DNA of 64,000 nucleotides from assembly GCA_964016885.1 (NCBI GenBank), contig OZ024752.1, positions 5,828,001 through 5,892,000 of the forward strand, written 5' to 3'. A program made the position numbers and the translations under genes. Below, piece after piece: positions 54,920 to 64,000 of this stretch. The notes beneath the pieces were generated by a model. The model was not told the DNA's origin, searched no databases, and saw nothing but the letters and a program-made list of their open reading frames with translations. Each line of letters opens with the position of its first letter. Positions within the stretch are counted from its first letter, which is position 1. The stretch is from Eledone cirrhosa. Taxonomy: Eukaryota.

Positions 54920-55650
54920 CCAGCTCCTCTTTCTCTCTCCCCTTCTCTCTCTTATTCCATTGTTCCTTTACTTCAGTTTAAACTGTGATTGCAGACAAAT
55001 AAAACTTTAATGAAAGGTCACAGAATATTTCTCTGTCAAACAATGTCAGTGATTGTTTTAGATTTCTCAAACTTTAGATTTTGATACCAAACTGTCTGAA
55101 ACTTCTCCTGGCTGTAAAATATTTAGTTTTTCATATTATTTAAAAAACAAACAAACCCTCCAATCATAATTTTATGAGATGCCACCACAAAGGAGACCAG
55201 CTTGACCTGTTACAAATCACAATAATACAACTGGGACTGCTATCATTAAAACAACCAAGAAACCTATGAGATACAGTCTCATAAGAGGCCAGCTAAACCT
55301 TCATAGGTGTAAGCTGTAAATTGCATCTTTTTTCAAGAATGAAATTAACTCTCAATGTGTTGTGCCACATGAAACCACAGCAAATTTTCAAAGATAAACA
55401 CAATGAACCACTTTAGCAAGACATTCTTCAACTGTACAAAACAACACAATGACTGCACCACATTAAAGTCTTTAATACTGCAAATTTTCACAAACATCTG
55501 TCCACTTGCAAACATACAATAATCTGTTAAATGAATAAATCCATATTTAGATGTTTCTCTGCTAAATCCTGACAGGATGTTATGAGTGAAAAAACAGAAA
55601 AATGAATATTTGTATAAACAAAACTGATTGGAGGTGTTAAAATGACTTAC

Positions 55651-55773
55651 CATGAAGGAAGTTAAGAGGTACCATAGAGATACGACAGTCAGGCATAGCA
55701 CTTTTTATCATTTTGGCTTCTTGGGGGTGATTGAAGCGAAAATAGTTGGAACGTCCAAGACATAACATACTCC
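55651..55773 (-). CDS. PHLDB1: Internal coding exon (123 nt, phase 1/1) of a PHLDB1/LL5-like gene, encoding the C-terminal part of the FHA domain
   Basis: Not in the ORF track. The minus strand reads ctttaaacag|GG AGT ATG...CTT CAT G|gtaagt, giving (G)SMLCLGRSNYFRFNHPQEAKMIKSAMPDCRISMVPLNFLH. This matches my recollection of vertebrate PHLDB1 GCMLCLGQSTFLRFNHPAEAKWMKSM. AG/GT sites are canonical. Confidence 0.9.
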
Positions 55774-56367
55774 CTGTTTAAAGAGAAGAGGCCAGGAATA
55801 TGTATTATTTAAAGAACAATAAAAAGCAGAAAAGAGAGAAGAAATGTGTATTATTTAAACAAAAATTACAGCAGGAATATATGTTATTTAAAACACACAT
55901 TGCCAAAACATACTGGTACATCTGTTATCTCCCTCCCTCCCCTGTGTACCAGATATATTAGTGGTACATCTGTTACCTCTCACCTCTTGTGTACCAAAGA
56001 TATTACTGGTACGTTTTAGTTTAGTTTGTGAAGCACAGGTTCAGACAAAGTAAATAGTTATAATTCAATCTTGATCTGAGACAGCAAAATACCAAAAACG
56101 GTGCCACTGGTATTTCAAGAGTTAAACAAAAGAAAAACAAAACTGAAGCTTCATAATAAGACAGAATATAACCAATAAAGAGGTTGTTAATATTAATAAC
56201 AATGAAATTATTGTGTACAGTGCTCAGGTGCACTACAACATTATGTCAGAAGTGTCTAGTACGGTCATAAATCCCACCACAACTCCCTGTCGACATCCAT
56301 TCTCTAGGATACTGTTAAAGGAGGGCAAAGAAGAACAACAGGCCTGGCTGAACAATGTCAAGGATAA

Positions 56368-58160
56368 GACAGGTCTTAACACTGTGACACTTGTGTGCAT
56401 GACGTAAGACAGGTCTTAACACTGTGACACTTCTGTGTATGACATAGGATAGGTCTCAATATTGTGACACTTGTGTGTATGACACAGGACAGGTCTTAAC
56501 ACTGTGACACTTGTGTGTATGACACAGGACAGGTCTTAACACTGTGACACTTGTGTGTATGACACAGGACAGGTCTTAACACTGTGACACTTGTGTGTAT
56601 GACACAGGACAGGTTTTAACACTGACACTTGTATGTATGACACAGGACAGGTCTTAACACTGACACTTGTGTGTATGACACAGGACAGGTCTTAACACTG
56701 TGACACTTGTGTGTATGACACAGGACAGGTCTTAACACTGTGACACTTGTGTGTATGACACAGGACAGGTCTTAACACTGTGACACTTGTGTATGACACA
56801 GGACAGGTCTTAACACTGTGACACTTGTGTGTATGACACAGGACAGGTTTTAACACTGTGACACTTGTGTGTATGACACAGGACAGGTTTTAACACTGTG
56901 ACACTTGTGTGTATGACACAGGACAGGTCTTAACACTGTGACACTTGTGTGTATGACACAGGACAGGTCTTAACACTGTGACACTTGTGTGTATGACACA
57001 GGACAGGTCTTAACACTGTGACACTTGTGTGTATGACACAGGACAGGTTTTAACACTGACACTTGTATGTATGACACAGGACAGGTCTTAACACTGACAC
57101 TTGTGTGTATGACACAGGACAGGTCTTAACACTGTGACACTTGTGTGTATGACACATGACAGGTCTTAACACTGTGACACTTGTGTGTATGACACAGGAC
57201 AGGTTTTAACACTGACACTTGTGTGTATGACACAGGACAGGTTTTAACACTGTGACACTTGTGTGTATGACACAGGACAGGTCTTAACACTGTGACACTT
57301 GTGTGTATGACACAGGACAGGTTTTAACACTGTGACACTTGTGTGTATGACACAGGGCAGGTCTTAACACTGTGACACTTGTGTGTATGACACAGGGCAG
57401 GTCTTAACACTGTGACACTTGTGTGTATGACACAGGGCAGATTTTAACACTGTGACACTTGTGTGTATGACACAGGACAGGTCTTAACACTGTGACACTT
57501 GTGTGTATGACACAGGGCATGTCTTAACACTGTGACACTTGTGTGTATGACACAGGGCAGGTCTTAACACTGTGACACTTGTGTGTATGACACAGGGCAG
57601 ATTTTAACACTGTGACACTTGTGTGTATGACACAGGACAGGTCTTAACACTGTGACACTTGTGTGTATGACACAGGGCAGGTCTTAACACTGTGACACTT
57701 GTGTGTATGACACAGGGCAGGTCTTAACACTGTGACACTTGTGTGTATGACACAGGGCAGGTTTTAACACTGTGACACTTGTGTGTATGACACAGGGCAG
57801 GTCTTAACACTGTGACACTTGTGTGTATGACACAGGGCAGGTCTTAACACTGTGACATTTGTGTGTATGACACAGGGCAGGTCCTAACACTGTGACACTT
57901 GTGTGTATGACACAGGGCAGGTTTTAACACTGTGACACTTGTGTGTATAACACAGGGCAGGTTTTAACACTGTGACACTTGTGTGTATGACACAGGGCAG
58001 GTTTTAACACTGTGACACTTGTGTGTATGACACAGGACAGGTTTTAACACTGTGACACTTGTGTGTATGACACAGGACAGGTTTTAACACTGTGACACTT
58101 GTGTGTATGACACAGGGCAGGTTTTAACACTGTGACACTTGTGTGTATGACACAGGACAG
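56368..58160. repeat. 40-bp minisatellite, about 45 copies
   Basis: Unit gacaggtcttaacactgtgacacttgtgtgtatgacacag. Confidence 0.97.
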
Positions 58161-58214
58161 AAACAAGTGGTGGTAATTGCTGACCTCCAGATTTCAACTC
58201 AGAGCATTACAGCC

Positions 58215-58332
58215 CGAGTTCAAATCCTGCCATGGTTAACTTTGCCTTTCATCCTTACGAGGTCGATAAAATAAAGTACCAGTAATGTACTGGGGTATTT
58301 GCTGGCCTTGTGCCCCAAATAGAAACAATTAT
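58215..58332 (+). mobile_element. 5'-truncated Meta-like SINE
   Basis: Same family as 16921-17106. Confidence 0.85.
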
Positions 58333-58347
58333 ATTACTGATGATGAA

Positions 58348-58456
58348 AGAAATAACTTCTACAGGATTAGAACTGTTTCAGTCATAAGAAATCTTCAGGA
58401 AAGCCCTGCTGATTTCTTACGAATGAAACAGTTCTAGTCCTGTAGAAGTCATTTCT
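58348..58456. repeat. Fold-back Penelope-like end with hammerhead-like core
   Basis: Inverted arms of about 45 bp. The left arm reverse complement has CTGAAGA-tttc-ttat-gact-GAAAC. Same family as 26648 and 61790. Confidence 0.65.
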
Positions 58457-58953
58457 ATAATAAAATATATATGTCTATACACTACTAATGTATTGAGTAC
58501 CTTTTTTTAACTGTGGTCACCTCACTATATACTTTGGGATTCCACCTATACACACACACACACATGTATGTTTGTATGTATAAGTCTGTGTACACACACA
58601 CACACATGTATGTATGTATGTATAAGTCTGTGTACACACATATCTGTGTTACACCCCAAAACTTAACAAATTGACTAAAGGGGGGGGGGGGTCAATAAAA
58701 TAAGGACCAGACTTGAAAGAAATGAAGTGCTGGAATCCATATGATACATTAACTCCCTTTAACCCTTTTAATAGGAACTCAGCCAAAACCAGTTTTGGTC
58801 CTTAAAACACACATTTTAAAGGGTTCATATTAAAATTAGAATCTTTCAACATCATTTGATATAAAAATCATGTTAAGTCCCTAACTTATAATTGAAATAA
58901 CTAATAATTTCAGTAAATCCCTAAAAAAATGTTCATTAATTAATTGAACTAAT

Positions 58954-59067
58954 TCTGAGTTCAAATCCCGCCGAGGTTAACTTTGCCTTTCATCCTTTCG
59001 GGGTCGATAAAATAAAGTACCAGTAATACAATGGGTAATTGCTGGCCTTGTGCCAAATGTAGAAACA
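58954..59067 (+). mobile_element. 5'-truncated Meta-like SINE with 19-bp TSD, nested in a TTAA-type MITE (about 58759-59121)
   Basis: TSD attaattaattgaactaat at 58935-53 and 59068-86. The host element ends are ttaaccctttt / gaaagggttaa. Confidence 0.82.
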
Positions 59068-59648
59068 ATTAATTAATTGAACTAATGTATTTTCTTAGAA
59101 ATGTGGTTATGAAAGGGTTAAAGCAGTGCTCTAGCATGATGGCAAAGTTGCTATCATGCTAGATAAAAGCAGGGCTAGTTCTACATTAAGAGCAACCTAG
59201 CAGTGTTTCTCCACAGAAATATGGTAAAGAAAGGGTTAATAAACAAGATAGAATGGTATTTTGTTTAAATTAAAATATCCTCCATCTGTTAAAGTCTGGA
59301 GGAAGAAGTTGCAGATTTTGACAACTGGCATCTGTTTTAGAAAGCTTCATATTGGTGTTTTACTGAAGAATTTGGGACGGTGCCAGTACCAACTTGTACA
59401 TGCAGCATGCTGAACTGGAAGAGGAAGTTTACAAAAAAATAAAAGGGTTGCGTTATGCCACGTAATTCATGGGCTATTTAAAAATTTGTTCACTCTAGTT
59501 TCTGAAACTTTTACATGTAGTAATAGGTGTGTTCTTTCACATGTAGTTATAGGTGTGTTCTTCCACATGTAGTAATAGGTGTGTTTTTCCACATGTAGAA
59601 ATAGGTGTGTTCATTCACATGTAGTTATAGGTGTGTTCTTTCTCTAGA

Positions 59649-59903
59649 TTAACCCTTCCTCTACTATATTCCTAATGAAAGACACTGTCTATGATTTTCA
59701 TACAATTTTGAAAATAATCCAAAATTTGGAGGGATTTAGTAATAAAATGAACTTTCTCATTATTAAGCTGATGTTTGGACCAAAACTTAAAGCTTCTTAG
59801 ATAGAATTAAGGTGAAAGGTTTCTAGATAAATATAGAGTAAAACAGTTTTGTAGCATATAAACTCAGGTGTGGTTTCAGGTGGTTTGGGATGAGAAAGGT
59901 TAA
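59649..59903 (+). mobile_element. TTAA-flanked MITE, single-terminus form of the family amplified at 24142
   Basis: ttaacccttcct...aatgaaagacactgtctatg...gagaaaggttaa. Confidence 0.72.
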
Positions 59904-61296
59904 AATAAATTATTTTATTTTATTATTTTTTTTTAGTAAACTGATATAATTTATTTGATTACTGGTGTGTGTGTTGTATCAGTTCTTTGTTGATATCCTC
60001 AAGGTGGGGAGGGGGCTGTGGTGTGAATGGAGAGAAAAAGGGAGAGATGGGGGAGAAATTGACCTGAGTGCTTGACTGCAGCTTCATTTATTGATGCCTG
60101 AAGGGTGACAAGTAAGGATCACAGGTAAGGGTGTCAGGTAAGGATCACAGGTAAGGGTGTCAGGTAAGGATCACAGGTAGTGTGACAGGTAAGGATGGTT
60201 TCAACAGGATTTAAACCCAGAATGAAGAGGGCTGGAATGAATACTTCAAAGCTTTCTATCTCATACCTTAACCCCTCAGCCAATTTACCACCTGGATTCT
60301 AGGACTAAATGGTATACCAGGTGTAAAACACTCCAGAAAAACCTCCAGCCAACCCAGCAAGGAAGAGCAAAGATAATGAAGTGAAACAAGGAGGAAGGGA
60401 GATAGTTATGACTAAATATGATGCCAGGTCCGTTACAAGGTCAACTCCCAGCTGAGTGGACTGGAGGAATGTGAAATGGTTTTGTTCAAGGATACAACCC
60501 ATCAGGCCACATTCCTTCAGAGAAAGCTGATCATCATGTCACCATCATCTATGCTTACTTTCCATGGATGGTGAGAGGGGTCATAACAGTCTGAACTAGA
60601 GAGGTCAGATAACTACATCTTTCTCATACATTACATATTTCAGCATGGGTTCTACAGCTAAATATCCTTCCTAACACCTATTATTTTAAACAATGTGTTG
60701 GTAGCATTTTATCATATCTTCTATGATGAAATACTGCCAGTCAAGGGCCCATGTATATATTACATATCTTACATATAAACATTTGAAAAGCTCTGTGGCC
60801 CACAAAGAACACCTCAATAGCACACATATTATATCATACATTACATATAAACATTTGAAAATTTTGAGATTCACTGGGTACACCTCAATGGCCCCAAGTA
60901 GTTGAAGTCTCTTCTGTCTTCTTACAAAATATTAACAACAGTACCAACACACCCTCATTTGGAATATACCAATAGAAACTCATTTAGAATATTCTTCATT
61001 AGACTGAAGTGATTTAATCAATCAGATTATCCCAGTACATATATTTTCAAGTTTGGTACTTACTTTATCAATCACTTTTTGTTGAAGTGCTAAGTTATGG
61101 GATGTAAGCGCACACATGAAAACAGACATGGACACACTCTTACACATATATAAATCAACTATTTCAATTAATTTATTGAAAACGATAAAATTCTGCTGCG
61201 TTTCAGCAAATTTCTGATTTAGAAATGGAAACGGTGAACTTAGATCACAGGGAGGAGGTTGCTATTCTGAATAAGCACTTATATCATTATATATAT

Positions 61297-61343
<47 letters not shown>

Positions 61344-61692
61344 CAGGCAGATATCCTGTAACTCAAGTAAGTTAATTTCACTTGTTTTGCAACTTGTAAA
61401 ATAAGATGTAAACCTTTCATATTGAGTCTATGAAACTGAAACAAAATAGATGTGTTTAGATAATAGGGTTACAATTGTGTGTGGGGTTAGCCATGATGTT
61501 GGGGTTAGCAAGGTTTGTGGCCTTACAATTGTGTGTGGAGTTAACAATGTTCACCACTGGATTATTTCAACTGTTTTAACACATAACCTGTAAACATTAT
61601 ACACACTCAGAAGCCCCCACTCCCACCCATATATATATCATCATCATCATCATCATTTAACGTCTATCTTCTGCGCTAGCATGGGTTACATT

Positions 61693-61723
<31 letters not shown>

Positions 61724-61787
61724 TTGAGTTAAACCAGGGGTAACCACAGTGAATAAGATACAATACTTTAGTAGAGTGAAAACATCA

Positions 61788-61892
61788 AAAACTTAATATA
61801 GAAATGGCTTCTACAAGACTAGAACTGTTTCATTCATACCATACGAATGAAACAGTTCTAGTCCTGTATAAGCCATTTCTATATTAAATTTT
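61788..61892. repeat. Fold-back hairpin of the 26648/58348 family
   Basis: aatatagaaatggcttctacaagactagaactgtttcattc / gaatgaaacagttctagtcctgtataagccatttctatatt. Confidence 0.8.
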
Positions 61893-61912
61893 TTATATAT
61901 AAATATACACAC

Positions 61913-61943
<31 letters not shown>

Positions 61944-62930
61944 TATATATAAAACTATATATAACCACACTACAAAACATGCAATCAACATTGACAGATG
62001 GACACCAGAAGGTTCCGACAAAAGATCTGAAGAAGGTAAAAGAGAGCGAAGACAGGACATTAAAATGGTGAAATACTTAGGTTGGTAGAATGGTAGAATG
62101 GTAGAATAAAGAACTAAGAACTAGTTAGTAGTACTCACTAACATCAGCACCCATTTCTGTAGATTTCCCGACAATGACAGGTGCAATAGTCGGGTCGAAA
62201 AAGAAACAGACTTCCAAACAACTTTCTACATTGAGTCAGATTAGGACAGAAGATAGCAAAGTTTATAAATAATCCTCTGTAATGGTTGTTGATATGTCCA
62301 CAGCAGTGTTGGCAGCGCAGTGGTATGTTAACCAGGTTTGAGAGAGACAGCATTGGCAGACATATCAAGAAGAAAGTTGAAATTGGTAGAATTGAAGAAG
62401 AAGAAGCCTAGGTAGGAGCATAACAAGAAACTGACTGACTGATGTGCAGCCCTGGGGGGAGGGGGGATAGCAGTGGTGGAGCAGCAGCAGGAAATGAAAG
62501 AGAGGAGGAGTGGTGGTAGTGATGATGGGAGGAATATGGTAGGTGAAAGATATGGTAGGTGAAAGAGACAGGGAGCAGATAGCGGTGGTGGCAGGGAGAA
62601 GAGAGAGAGAGAGAGTGGTGGTGGTGACAGGTACAGAGGGGAGAGAGAGAACAGTAGTGAGATGGTGGCAGGAATTATAGTCTGTGAATGAGAGGAGGAG
62701 AGAGAGTAGATGGAAGATTATAAAGTTCTTCAGCTCAGCAATGTTGGCCACGGTTGTAATCTCTGTATTATTCATAGTTTTATTTCTATTGTTTATGTTA
62801 AATGTATTGTTATCCAAGTTAAGCTCTTCTCCTGCTGGGATGGGTTGGGGTATTTACTGTTTTATTTTAGAACTAGTCTTTAAAAAAAACTACCAAGACT
62901 GGGGGTACAATATTATTGTCAAGGATCTTT

Positions 62931-63139
62931 GATTGGCAGAATCGGTAGAGCGTCAGACAACATGCTTTCCAGCACAGAGTTTATGGCTCTTTACGTTTTG
63001 AGTTCAAATCTCGCCGAGGTTAGCTTTGCCTTTCATCCTTACGGGGTCAATAAAATAAAGTACCTGTCACGCACTGGGGTCGATTTAATCAACTTTCCCC
63101 TCGCCCAAAATTGTTGGCCTTGTGCCTAAATTAGAAACC
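62931..63139 (+). mobile_element. Meta-like SINE (longer subfamily) with 19-bp TSD
   Basis: TSD attattgtcaaggatcttt at 62912-30 and 63140-58. Confidence 0.88.
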
Positions 63140-63159
63140 ATTATTGTCAAGGATCTTTT

Positions 63160-63300
63160 ACTTATTCTTGGGAGGGTCAAAGGACCAGAGACCTCAAACA
63201 CACCTTCCAGCAGGTCCTGTCAGAAGCAACCATCTCCAACTGATCTAGCTGGATCCCCAAGCGAGGCCAGCCAAGCTCTTGGGTCTCCAGCTGGTTGGTT
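63160..63300 (-). mobile_element. Rex3/Expander-type RTE 3' fragment
   Basis: Homologous to 10290-10440 (LGWPRLGIQLDQLEMVASD). Confidence 0.6.
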
Positions 63301-63704
63301 GTGTTTCTAAAGTCCTTCCAGTGATATTTTACCTGAGACATTCTAACCACTTTCCATATTTCCACAGCTCTGTTATGTGGCAAAAATGTTTTGTGACTTA
63401 TTGATTGCAGGAAATTGTTATATATTTAATTTAATTATATAAGATCAACTTTGCCTTTCGAGGTCGATAAAGAAAAGTACCAGTCACATACTGGGGTACA
63501 TTCTTCTTCTGTTTCTCATTCTCACTTCCATTCTCTCACTCTCTCTATCCTTCTCTAGAAGAAATCTGTTCTATTTAGACCTGGAGAGGGCTCCGACAGG
63601 TTTAAAAATGCCCAAGAAGTGCCATATGCCACTACAGCACCCCAAAGATTCCCTTGGGGGTTACAGGTGCAGGCATGCATAGATAGACGTGCTCCACCAC
63701 GCAC

Positions 63705-63975
63705 TTTTCTAAAAGAAGTATATCATACACAAAACGCCAGCATCAACAATTTTTCAAGAGATGGCAACATGAATGGATCTGTTATTTATCTCTAAAACAT
63801 TTTTTCTGATTCCACCCTGCCCGTCCCCTCAATCTTTCTAATTTCCCATTTTTCTTCTAATGAAGGACTCGCACCCAAAACATTAAGAATCTCTTCCTGC
63901 TAATTCAATTGTTAAATTATTTCTTCCATATACTGCACCGTTTGTTTTGTTATTTCTGTTTACCTTTTACACATA
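63705..63975 (+). mobile_element. Degenerate Penelope-like 3' end with mutated hammerhead core
   Basis: Colinear with 26300-26590; the core reads ctaatgaaggac...ccaaaacatt. Confidence 0.72.
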
Positions 63976-64000
63976 TATGTATCACACACACACACACTCA

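Noticed and set aside
62144-62368. 74-aa Cys-rich ORF as an upstream PHLDB exon
   Set aside because: No similarity to the expected FHA N-terminal half, and the frame is closed by a stop.

Overview
AT-rich, repeat-saturated animal genomic DNA. The SINE/LINE repertoire suggests a mollusc, probably an octopus; this is inference. The only host-gene content I can support is two minus-strand exons of a PHLDB1/LL5-like gene: an FHA-domain exon at 55651-55773 and a 1727-nt exon at 12509-14235. Their splice phases are compatible and they are about 41.4 kb apart. The rest is intronic. It holds a 5'-truncated L1/Tx1 LINE, several RTE LINE copies with a PHD-like zinc finger inside ORF2, tRNA-derived SINEs, mariner/hAT/piggyBac-type remnants, and many micro- and minisatellites. 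Three patterns stand out. (1) A dense set of type I hammerhead ribozyme motifs from several Penelope-like element families, often as fold-back pairs that encode a ribozyme on both strands. (2) Minisatellites repeatedly seeded from functional pieces of transposons. (3) (TA)n tracts acting as landing sites for retroelements and as centres of palindromes. Nearly all short ORFs in the supplied track are microsatellite artefacts. All RNA folds were paired by eye and have not been computed.
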